Assembly (NCBI GenBank): GCA_039621445.1
Contig: CP154954.1
Span: forward strand, 23,200,954-23,264,953
DNA from: Euglena gracilis
Lineage: Eukaryota
Reading direction: 5' to 3'
DNA: 64,000 nt
Below, one piece after another: positions 49,580 to 61,002 of this stretch. The notes under the pieces were generated by a model. The model did not search any database and was not told where the DNA came from. It worked only from the letters and a program-made list of their open reading frames with translations. The position numbers were made by a program, and so were the translations under genes. Position 1 is the first letter of the stretch. Each line of letters starts with the position of its first letter.

Positions 49580-50760
49580 CCATCCAACCCTGCTCCCTGG
49601 CACCTTGTGAGGAAGGGGATACTTGCGACGGGGGCTGCAACGGAGGCATGGTTGTCGCCATGAGGAAGCCAATTGTACGCTCTGTGTTTTGTTCAAAGTC
49701 AAACTGCATTGGCACCAAGGTGTTGTTCGCTTCCGGGAAGGTTGGTGGACCCGGGCCTGGGTTTGATTCGACATCCCCTGATGTCAGCAGGCTGTCACCT
49801 CTGCCGGTCCGAGGGTGAGCGGAGGCATGGAGCTTGCAGGGAAGGCCGTTCCGCTTTCCAAAAGGTCCAAGGATTTGACAAATGCCCGTTCTGCCGGCTC
49901 CACCACGTCCATCCGAGAGGATAATTGAACTCAGTGACCTGAAAAACCCTCTGCCTGGCCGCTTTGGGTGGATTGGAGAATCCGCCAATGCCCATTCTCC
50001 GCAGGGGGCGAGGAGCTTGAGGCTTCGCTCTCTACCAGGACGGTATTGACGAATGCCGGCTCTGGCGGCTCCACCACGTCCGTGTGAGCGGATATTTGGA
50101 CTCGGCGACCTCAAAAACCCCCCTGAGGGGACTCTCAGTGGGCTGTGCCCGGTGATTTTTGCGAAGAAATAATGGCTGGTGCCCGGCGGCAATGGTTCCC
50201 GTACTCCACGGTAAGGGAAAATTCAGCATGGCCGTTTCCGGCCTCCCGCCGCATTTCGGCGGGACGAGGACCGCTTTTTCGGGTCTGCCACCCTCGAAAA
50301 CCCTCCTTGTGGGCATCTGAGCGGGCTCCGCCGGGTCGTCATTATGAAGCAACTGTGATGGCCGATGCCTCAGGGCACTGGTTCCCGTGTGCCACCAGGA
50401 CGGTCTTGACGAATGCCGGCTCTGGCGGCTCCACCACGTCGGTGTGAGCAGATATTCGGACTCGGCGACCTCAAAAACCCCCATGAGGGGCCTCTCGGTG
50501 GGCTCCGCCGGGTCATTTTGGCGAAGAACTTGTAATGGCCGGCGCCGGGCGGCTGTGGTTCCTGTGCTCCACGGGACAAGAAAATTCAGCATGGCCGTTT
50601 CTAGCCTCCCGCCGCATTTCGGCGGGACGAGGACCGCTTTTTCGGGTCCGCCGCCCTCGAAAACCCCCCTTGTGGACATCTGAGCGGGCTCCACCGGGTC
50701 TTCTGAATAAAGCAACTGTGATGGCCGCTACCGGAGGGCAAGAGTTCCCGTGTGCCACGG
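49580..50760 (-). mobile_element. 5' fragment of a CRE-like element: ~360-bp leader repeats plus 2A-containing N-terminus
   Basis: RTGRGDSLLTSGDVESNPGP..RTIGFLMATT is homologous to the N-terminus at 59380-59520. Confidence 0.7.
49880..50760. repeat. ~360-bp tandem repeat (about 2.3 copies)
   Basis: GAATGCCGGCTCTGGCGGCTCCACCACGTC at 50051 and 50411, with a degenerate copy at ~49881. Confidence 0.85.
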
Positions 50761-50769
50761 ACTCCAACG

Positions 50770-50943
50770 GAGTACCATGCCCCCCCCCATATTGTACCCC
50801 TCCCTGGGAGCCATTTTCTGGGGGGAGGTACATTATGGGGGGTGCAATATGGGCGGGGCCAAGGTCATGGTCCATGGTGGGGGGTACCCCATGAGGGGGG
50901 TACATTAGGGGGGGGGGGTACAATATGGGGGGGCATGGTACTC
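50770..50943. mobile_element. MITE-like element with ~30-bp terminal inverted repeats
   Basis: GAGTACCATGCCCC..CATATTGTACCCC ... GGGGTACAATATGGGG..GCATGGTACTC. Confidence 0.7.
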
Positions 50944-51689
50944 GACAAGGGTCGAAACCTCCAAAGAGCATTTTGAGTGCAACAGCAATTTTTGCAGTCT
51001 TTTCGCAAGTGGATATAGCGGCCTTCTGCTCATAATGGCGGGCCCTTCGCCCAACACCCTTCCAACCGGGGGGGAATGACATGGCACTAATCCGGGAATC
51101 GTCGTGGGCGTCTTTGGGGCAAAAAGTCCACATGTTATGTTTTGTTCGCTTCTCATGATTTCGGTGATGATGGTGATGTCGATGGCTGCTCCGGGGCTGA
51201 CCTCCCGGGCTGCTGCTCCAGTGCTGATCTCCTGGGCTCGTTGGGGGTTTGGGTGCTCACCCCTTTGGTTGGCATGCTGGGTGTTGCAAGGCTTGTTCTC
51301 TTGCCCCTGAACGCTGCGGGGCTGTGTCTCCCGCTGCTCTGGAGCTGTGGGGCTTTGCATCCCACAGGAATCAAGCTGGTTTGTCAAGCAGAGAACTGGT
51401 CACGATCAACAATTGCAAAGGAGTGGAAGTAGTCGATGACTTCAGAAAGCAATATCTTGAAAAGTCAGATACCCAAGGTAAATAAAAATGCTTGACTCCG
51501 ACCCCGGGGATTTCAAGACGTTTTATGCGGAAGACGAAAAAAAATAGACACTCAGAAAGTAGGACAATCAAAAAACACTCACCCAAACGTCTGTGGGAGT
51601 TGGCGCAGGGAAGGCTCTGTTTTCAGTGCGGTAAGGGTTTGGACGTCTTTGTAGACTTGGTCCATTCGTTGCAAGGTGTGATTTGCTTG

Positions 51690-51895
51690 TTTTTTTTGGT
51701 TTAATTAGTCTTGTGGTTGGTTATGCGTACGGTTGGTGTGTCATGGAGTCTTCGGCCCTGTGGTCAAATTGCTTACTCCGTTTCATATGGGAAATGGGTG
51801 GTGGGATCCACCGCTCCAGATGGCTCCGCCACTGTTCCTCAAGCCAGCTGGCGGGCCACTTCTCTTGCCAATGTGGGACACAGGTTGCTGATGGT
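51690..51895 (-). pseudogene. Extreme 3' end remnant of another CRE-like element
   Basis: Encodes LAREVARQLA-GTVAEPSGAVDPTT-like sequence and ..THQPYA*, followed by a short A-tract on the - strand. Confidence 0.6.
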
Positions 51896-51982
51896 TGGGT
51901 ACCGTTGTTTACTTTTTTGACAAGTTGTGGATGGTTTAACGACAATTGTTTGTTCTGGGTCTAGGGGTCGTAGTGGTCTTCT

Positions 51983-54900
51983 TTACAGACAATAGGGCTG
52001 GTGTATGGTGTTGGTTACCTCTGGATCTGTGTCGTTGCCTGCATACCGTCCCCAGATTACTTGTCGCGCGATCTCTCGCGCAACAGTTATTGATAGAAGT
52101 TGCCATGTGTCGGCTTCAGTTTTGCGTTTTGACCATGCATCTTGTTGACCGAGGAGAAGCTTCATCAGTGCTGACATTAAAGTTAGCGCTTCTTGGCCTA
52201 GGCCGCCATAGCAGTCAACAACAAATGGAATGCAGGTCCATCCCATCCTCCCACAGGTGGCGTCATATTTTGAATGTTTTTCCTTCTCTTGGCGTTCATA
52301 CCATTCGGTTAGTTCAGCTGTGTCACGCAACGGTCTGTACGGTGCTGCTGTGTGTTTCACTGCAATATCCACTGCTCCAGGACCATTGGCGTCAAGTCTG
52401 CTGACGAGGACATCGCCCGGGCGTGTTCTCTCTGGACCTCCTCGTTCTTTTTTTGCTGTAAACCCAGCATCATGTGCCAGTTGGAACACAAAGTCCTGGA
52501 TTGCACCATGTCGCCGCGTGATGCCATTTGAGCTGCAGCATACAAGGTGATTACCCAGGTTGTCCATTGGCTTGGTGCAGCGTGGGCACGTTGATCCCGT
52601 TGGTGGGCAAACTGGTGCTCCCAGTCACCACTTTAGAAATCATTTGAATTCGGCAGAAGCAACCAATGTTTTCAGTCCAAAGGATGGTGTGACAGAAGCC
52701 CAGGCCGTTGCGTGGCGCCGCTGTTGGCTTGCGAACCGGACGGCGTCTTGACCGTGAAGGTTGGAGGATAATACCTTTTGTCGTTGTTTCACAAAGCATT
52801 CACCCCACCACTTCTGTTGAATGTGTGGGCTTTGGGCTTCGTTCAGGAGTGATACATCCGCGGCCCATGTTTGCGTTGGGGGAGTTCCTTCGAGGATGGA
52901 GTTGGCAGAGGACAGGCACTCCGCAGTGTCTTTCGGTACTCCTCGGTCTGCCAGGCCCAGGGTGCGTCTGCCATTGCTGACAAACGTCACAATGCCGGAT
53001 ATCCGTGCTGGGAGACGTTCCCGTGATGGGTCCCGAATTCCGAGTCCGCCATGACGCACGGGTAGGGTGGCCTGAGCCCATTGGTTGTCATCGATGGGGG
53101 ATCCAACAATGTTGCTCGTTGTGTTCCTGATTTCTTTGGTCAACAGAGTACATGCGTCATTTGCCTGCCCCAGTTCTGTTGCACGCATGAGGGCATTAAC
53201 TTTTCATGCATCTGGGCAAGTTCGTAAGAGACAGAACTGAATATGGGCTTGCGGCAGGTTCAAAAGGGCCCGGCAAGCTTTCTGCACACCTGTTGCACGT
53301 TCAACCCACACTTCCCCCGCAAAGCCTCCGCTTTGTGGATGGCATACCGGGATTCCCAGGGCCCGTATACCAGAATTAGGGGAGTAGTTCACGATTGGGA
53401 CTGCACGAAGTGGGCTGTTTTGCGGCATTTCAGCACGATTGGCTTCTGTTGCTGCAGGGCGCCACAGGCGGCATTTTTTTTGCGTTGAGGTGTATGCCTA
53501 GTAGCGTCCGCAGTCGTTGAATTTCTGTAATTGCTGCATGTAATTATGGGAGGGTTCCCAGGATGTGTCCATCATCCAAATACCACAATTGCAGTGGCAC
53601 CACGTCTTGAGAGGACTCGACGAGAGATTGCAACGCCAAGGCGAATCCGGCTGGGCCACAAGGGTCCCCTTGTTGTACGCCAGAGGCACTCCGAAGGTGT
53701 GATGACCCACAAAAGAGCGGGCTGTGTTCGGCGTAGCAACTCTCGAACCAAACGTACGCCTCCGGGCAGCGTTTAGCCACTTCAGCAAGGACTGTCTTTC
53801 TTTTTACGCAATTAAAAGCATTGCTGAAATCTACCTGTAACAAAGCCCAGGTGCTGTCCTGTTGCATGTGCAGGTGATTTACTTCTTGCTGCAGTCCCAT
53901 AGCAATGAGTTCACATGCCCCCTGGACCCCTACACCGCATTGTAGTGGCTGCAGTTCTTTAAGGCGGTCCCTGATTTTGGGGTGCCTCATCAAATATTTG
54001 CCCACCAATCGGTGCAGGCATTTGACAGCTGCAATTGGTCGCGTGCCATCCTTCTTTGGGTCAGGAATGGGGTTGGTATTGCCAAGCTCATCAAGGTTTT
54101 CGCTTGGATTGCAGGGTTTTCGAAGAGGAGTCAAACAGGCACCAGCGAAAATCCATGCCGCAGAGTTGTGGATTCCGTTTGTCAAACATGTTCGGACGAA
54201 TTGGTCCAAAATTGTGAGGAGTTGTTCTGATTGTGTCCCCAGGGGATCAGAGAGCATGTCTTTAAGATGATCTGGACGAAGTCCAGACGGTCCTGGTGAG
54301 GACTCCTTCGGGAAAGACATGACTGCTTTCCGTATTTCAATTAGGCGCTCCCTGGTTGCATCTTCACTGAGATCGAATTCGAGGCGAGGGACGTCCGGAG
54401 GCAGATTTTGCCTTCCAGGTTGGGGTTCAGGAGGGTGCAAGGCAGCCAACCGTTCCAAGATTAGCGGGTCATCTGCATCTTGGATTCCATCAGAAGTCAG
54501 CATGCGGCAGGTTTTACTGACCGCCCCATGGCTGACAAGGCTTTGAACACGGTTGCACAATCCTTCTTGGCTTTCTGCATCGAATTTTTTTGTCTGACTT
54601 CGTGTTCTCTTCTTTGGGTTTTGTGCATCGCGAATTTGGCGAGTCTCATCCCACGAGTCTTCTGTGGACCGGTTGAGGTAGGCATTGGCTCTCTCAGTAA
54701 TTTTCCGTCCAACTGCAGCCCAATGGCTTTTCTCGCTCCGCTTCAATGGAGCAAGCACAGCTTTTGGGAAGCACCAAAGTGCGTGTAGGGTCTCCCATCC
54801 TGGCTTTGACACAAAGCGACTGAGGGTGCTGCAAAAGGCGAGCCCAACGTTTCGCAACGCTCCCCGTACGAACGCTGATACGCTGCAAGTCACTCCCTTC

Positions 54901-55579
54901 TCGCAACCTTGTCCACCAATGCAGCCATCTTGGGAAGAAATTTCCCAAGACACTCGGGGCACGTTGGTCCATATCCCATTGCGCTGGTGCTGGAGCCACG
55001 GGGTGCTGCGGCCTGCGACCATTTTGGCAGTCTTGCTCTTGCCCTTGTGGTGAGGACGGCACAAAATTCTCAATCAACCCCTGGCCCTGCGGCGCACGCC
55101 GGCGGGTTTCTGTGGGACCTGGGTTGCTTTCAATGTCGCCACAGCTGGCAAGGCTTTTGCCCCTGCCACAACGGGCAGGACTGTACCCATACCGCGTTTG
55201 GTCAATCAGTTACCGTACGTGGTTGGCGTGCCCTGGGGCCATATGTGACAACTTAGAAGGCCCTGGGGCCATAGAGCAAGTTGGTCGTCGGCAATGGGGC
55301 CGGGTGCTAGGTCGCAGGGATAGGGGTCCTTCACGTGGGGTTATCCGGTGAATAGGTCCTGGCTCGAGCTGAACGTCACCACAAAGTGTGACATTTTGGT
55401 GTGTGGGCCTCTCGGCTATGACAGCGTCGTTAGGGCTTATGTCACCTTGTTGGTCACCTCGTTGGTAGTTTGGTCGTCTTTGTGCTGTCCGTCGTGCCCT
55501 CCGGACGTGACGGTCAACTGAAACTACTGATCTTGTCGGACGTAACAAGGCGATGACGTCCAGGATAGGAGAATAGGAC
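51983..55579 (-). mobile_element. CRE-like non-LTR retrotransposon, degenerate (2A motifs, RT, CCHC plus restriction-like endonuclease)
   Basis: RPIAA, DFSNAFN, GVQQGDPCGP, WYLDD, QATLPVRHGGLGI, HLVCC, RPGDV..AVDI..KHSKY, IPFVVDCYGGLG. Confidence 0.9.
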
Positions 55580-58500
55580 AACGCTTTCACTTGTGCGCGG
55601 TGGTGGGGAGAACCGAGTCCACCGACCAGTGTCACTGCCTACTGGATTTGACGTGTTCAGGGGGTAACGCTATGTACAGAAGCGACAGTATCAGGGTAAG
55701 GTGGTCAGGATCGGCCATGTGGGGTGAGGTGGCAGGGAGCAGGCGGGGTGGGGTGGCATTGTTGGGGGCAGGCTGTTCCCCGGTGTGCTCAAAGGAGGTT
55801 TCGGGTTCGTCTGACCTTTCGGCTTTCACTCAGGTGTGCTTACCATCCTGTCGCAACGGGACGTAGCCAATAATACCGGCCCTTGGTGGCCGGTGTAGGC
55901 TGCCTTGGCTTGGCCTCAGCGGCCACAGGTGTTTACATGGTGTTCGCCCTGACCCCCCTTTTTTACTCCGTGGCATATGGGGTGTGGGTAGTGAGATCAA
56001 CGTCGCCTTATGGCTCCGCCACTGCCCCCCAAGCCAGCTGGCGAGCCAATTCCCTGGCCAACGTTAGACTCAGCGCTTGCCATACCGTGGCCTCTGACGA
56101 TCGTCGTTGAGGAACATCGGTCTTCGCCACCACAGTGCGGAGGCACTTGGATATGAATCCTGCCCCTCGCTCCCCCATCCCTCCGAAGCAATCAACCACA
56201 AACGGGATGAACGTCCATTCCAGCCGTTCGCAGGTGGCTGCATACTTGCGTTCTTTGTCTCCCTCTTGTAGTTCGTGCCACCGTGCTAAGGCGTCCTTTG
56301 AGGAGACCGGGTTTGCTGGTTGCAACGGGTGGCGGACCGTGACATCCACTGCAGCAGGTCCGTCCGCGTCGAATCTCGTGATGAAGACATCTCTGGGTCT
56401 TGTCCGGTTGTCAGCCACCTCTTCTCGTCGAGCCATGAAACCGGCCCTTCTCGCCAGGTCCAAAACGAACGTCTGGAGGGCACCATGTCGCCGCAAAGTG
56501 TTGTTTTTGGGGCAGCAGACAAGGTGGTTTCCTCCAACATCCATTTGTTGGTGGCAGCGGGGACATTCCGGCAAGGAGCCATCTGTCGCTGTGGGGCAAA
56601 CTTGGCATCCCAAGGACCACTGAGGCAGGGCTCTGAATTCTGCCGGTGGGATGAGGGTTTTCAGGGGGGCGGAGGGGTTGACCGCTGCACACGCCATGGC
56701 GTGCGGCCTCCGCTGGCATGCGAAACGGACCGCGTAATTTCCAACAAGGACAGCCAAAAGCAGGTCCGCCCGGACCTTGAGGACCTCATCTGTCCACCAC
56801 TTTTGTCTCACCATTGAGGGAGACAGGGAACTCACCTTGCTCGGGTCCGTTAGGAGGTCACCCACAGGCGCCACCCCTTTGGTAAGGCCCGAGATCACCA
56901 AGCCCGTCTCTCCGTAATCCCGTGGGAGCTGGGGGCAACCCTCGGGTAGGCACAGAGTGCTATCCGCTCGTGAGAGGAAGTCAAGGATGGCCGCCCACCT
57001 TGCCGGTGCTCTGGATACCTCTGGGTCTCGGATCCCGAGCCCCCCCAGGCGGACTGGCAGGGAGGCTTGTGCCCACTGTTTATCATCCAGCGGGCGAGCG
57101 GTGATGACGGACATTGTGTCCCGAAGGAGAGTGGCAAAGGAATGGCATGGCGCCTTGGCTCCCGAGAGGTGTGTGGTTCGAAGCAGGTCGTTTACTTTAC
57201 GTGCATCAAGACATTGCCTGAGCACCGTGAACTGTAGGTGCAGCGACGGCAGCAATTGCAGCAGGTCACACGCTTTCCGGACTCCCGAGAGGCGCTCCTC
57301 CCAAAGGACAGTGGTAAAGTCCGGGCGTCCTGCCGGGTGGCAGACGGGCACTCCTAGCGTACGGACGCCAGAGCCGGGTGTGAAAGGTTCCACTGGGATG
57401 CCTTGAAGCAGGCCTTCTCCACGAGCAACAAATGCAGGCCCCCAGAGTTTACACTTTGTCAGGTTGAGTCCCACACCAATCTGTGGTCCCTCGTTCAGGA
57501 TCAGCCGTACTGCCCTTTCGAGCTGTTCCTGCGTGCCCATGATGTGGGCATCATCCAGGTACCAGGCTTGCCAGCCCACGATACCTTGCAGCTTGTCCAA
57601 GAGGGACTGTATCCCGAGGGCAAAGGCAGCCGGCCCACACGGGTCCCCTTGTTGCACACCGGACCTGCTTCGGAGTGACGTTTTTCCGAGATACAACTGA
57701 GAATGGCGGGCGTAACAACTCTCCAACCATGGAAGCAGCGGGGGGCATCGCTCAGCGACTTCTGGCAGCAAATTGTCTCGAGAGATGCAGTTGAATGCGT
57801 TTAAAAAATACAGCTGGAGCAGTCCCCAATCTGCCTTTCCAACATGAGACAGGCCATCCACTAGCTGCTGGATACCCATTCCTATCAGAGCGCATGCATC
57901 AGGTACGCCCACTCCCAGTTGCTGAGGTAGGGCTGTGGCCAGGGACCGACGGACCTCCGTGTGACGCATTAGCACTTTCGCCACCAGGCGGCGCAGGGTT
58001 TCCCCAGCTGCGATGGGCCGAGTGCCCTCCTCTTCTGGGGATGTCTTGCCCACGGGGTCTGTGGGTGCCCCTGTCCCGGCTTTGGTTTTTCGGAGGGGGG
58101 TCAGGCGTGCAGCGCACATCACTTGTGCTGTCCCATTGGGGACTCCCCCAAGCACGCACCCGAAGACAAACTCCGTCAACTCATCCAAGACATCCTCTGC
58201 CGAGCCCCCGGCCTCGTCGTTGAGCAAGGCCTTCAGGTGTTTTTTTTTTCTCAGGCCGAAGTCCTGAGGAGCCTGCTGCAGACTCCGGGCTGAAGCTACG
58301 CACTGCATGTTTCACCATACGGCGGTCGTCTCCCACATCGTCGCTGCGTGATAGTGGTTTCCACCTCGAAGTGGGTCCCCTTCCGGGTTCCGCCTCTGTT
58401 GGGTGCATCCGGCGTAATCTCTCCCGCACGGCGGGATGAGCCGCGTCCTGCACTCCTTCGGAGAGGAGCAACTGGCAGGCCTTCCCCACAGCCCCTCTCG

Positions 58501-60800
58501 CCACCAACGTTTCCATCCGGCGGATGAAGCGTTCCGTCTGGACCTCTTCCGCTCTGCTTGCGGCGGAGCGTGTGGACACCGAGGAAACAGGGTTTTCGGC
58601 CGGCTTTTGTGACTGCTGCCAAGAGGTTGCGACTGGTTGCAGGAGATAGGCGCGTGCCCTGGTTCCGATGGCTTTCCCTAGCTGTGCCCAATGGTTTCTG
58701 CCGGAGCGTGCCAAGGGTGCCAGCACCGCCTTCGGCACACACCACAGCGCGTGCAACGACTCCCACGAGGGGCGCTGGTTGTAGTCTCGCAGTAGAATTG
58801 CGTACATTTGAGCCACCGCCTGCACCGCACCCCGCGGGATGTGAGCGATGGTCCCCCTGAGGTCATGCGAAATGGCGTCCCAGGTCGGCTCGAGCAAAGG
58901 GCAGGGCTGAGAAAGGGGTGTTCCTTCCCGTCGGCATCCGGGTACGAAAGGCAAAGTGGGGCCATCGGTGTCCATCGCCCACTGCAAAGGAGCGGACGAC
59001 GCCGCCGGGGCAGGGGCCACGTCATCAACGTCAATGGCCACCGAGATCTCTGGCCCCAAGCAAGCCCCGGTATCAATGTTCTGAGCCGGCCGGCCGTGTT
59101 TTCGACTTCTTTTTGGCCACCCCGTTCTCGGGCCCGGGTTTTCCTCAATATCACCGCAACTAGGGAGCCCGCCTCTACCCGTCAGTCTGGGTCCTCGATC
59201 GGAAATTCCCCAAGGCTGTGAAGGGCCGCGAGTCGTGGCTCTGGTACCATCAATGGGGAGAGCGGCTTCGGGTGGTGGTCGGCTCAGGAGGGTCTGCAGA
59301 AGTTGTTGAAGGTCCCGGGCGTCCTGCGTCGAGGTCTCCTCAAGTGGGCCTAGAGCGGAAGGGGGCACCGGCGTTGTGGCCAGTAAGAACCCTACCGCTC
59401 TTGTGGGGTCCCTAGTCAGGTCGATATCCATGGATCCCGTCGGCGGATCCGCCGGGGGGGTGGGTCCCGGGTTTGCTTCCACGTCGCCCGATGTCAGGAT
59501 GTCGTCACCTCTGCCTGTCCGGCAGTGGTAGCTTACGGCCAAGGAATTCCTTAGTGCCGAGAAGAGACATGGCTTTTTTGCTCCAGGAACATGGCGTGAG
59601 GCAGCGCGGACTGTCTGGCCTGTTTTTTTGCGTCTGGTCAGGGTGTGCGGCAGAAGCAGGTGAGCGGTTGTATGTCCGGGTCCTTGTTGCGTGGCTGTGC
59701 TGTCTGCTGAGTGGCTGAATCTCACCCTGTTGACCATTGGGGGCTGTTGACTCGATGCCTGCCAAAGCTGATGCACAAGGTTGTTTTTGCAGGGGTTGGA
59801 TCTTTCAGGGCCAGCTGCAATGTCTGCCAAATCCCCGGTACATTGCTGACGGCTGTGTGGTTGTTGAATGGGGGCTTTTGGTCCAATGTCTGTCAAATGC
59901 TGCTGGCTGTGCGTTTTCTCCTGCACCAGTTGCATTTGGCAGAGGCAAAAAACACGGGCCAAAACCACTTTGAAGACCACAGTGTGCGATGAGGAGATGC
60001 GGAGCAGGAAGGCAGACAGACAGCTTGAGTTGGAAAGTTTTGACATCGAGTGCAGCAGGATTATAGCATTGACACTGCAGGCCGAATGTCTCACTCACCT
60101 CCTGCTGGGTTGATCCTCCGGGGCTGAAGTTCTGGGTTGACCCCTCAGGGGTTGCCCCCCCCCGTTGGCAATAAGGGGGTGGAATGCTGAGCAGGTACTC
60201 CAAGGTTGAGCTCCCGGGCTGTTGCTGAGGGGCTGAATCCCTGGGCGGGCACGACAGGGCTGAATTCCTGGGCCAACTCTCCAGGGCAGACTGGGGAAGA
60301 TTCTTCTGGGGGGGAACTGGGTGCACAGGATGTCCCAGGGCCAGGTACAAAGATGTGATGTCTGGGGTCTGTGGTGCTGGGTGGCTGAGTCTCACCGTGC
60401 TGTAAATTCATGGCTGACAAATGCTGCTGGCTGTTTGAAGCCCGCTGCATGTTTTTCCCTTCCACCATGTGAATTTGAATTTGGGAAATGCAAAACACAT
60501 GGGCCAAGACAACGTTGATGATCAGAATGTTCAGCATGATTGGGCAAGTTGTGGTTGTAGTGGCTGTGCCTGCTGCAGCTGCAGTGGGAGCCATTATGGG
60601 CTCGACCTCTGCTGCATTTTGCTTCAGTTCCTTGGGCTCCATAGTGAACAATTCTCCTGGGGCTGGATCTCCCAGGGCTTGGATCGCAGATGTTGATGTA
60701 CTGATGCTGGGTGGCTGAATCTCACCCTGCTTCCCCAGGGGCTAGATCTCCAAGGGTTTGAGTCGATGTGCTGCTGCTGGGTGGCTGAACCTCACCCTGC
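55580..60800 (-). mobile_element. Near full-length CRE-like non-LTR retrotransposon (ORF ~55963-59700, frameshift near 58240-58310, premature stop 56008)
   Basis: Two 2A motifs, RPIAAGETLRRL, GVQQGDPCGP, WYLDD, CPRC..HLVCC, RPRDV..VDVTV. The 3' UTR is shared with 61020-61420. The 5' boundary is approximate (degenerate repeats GTGGCTGAATCTCACCCTG at 59711, 60382, 60712, 60781). Confidence 0.88.
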
Positions 60801-61002
60801 AATCAGTGGACCTTGCTCTCCACCAAGAAGGCTGACTCCAGATTAGATGAACTGAAGAAACTGCAGCGATCAAATCAATTTGTCAATTGTTGATTGTAAA
60901 CTTCGTCTCCTTGGGGGTCTGCAGTACGCTTTTACGGGCCACCCGCCCGCTTGTCCGACATGTTCATGTGGAGACGAAAAAAAATAGACACTAAGAAAGA
61001 CA

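Noticed and set aside
55780-55840. Hammerhead ribozyme in the CRE 3' UTR (CTGAGTGA..GAAA on the - strand)
   Set aside because: The core is not canonical and is altered in the paralog at ~61255-61295. Stems could not be closed.
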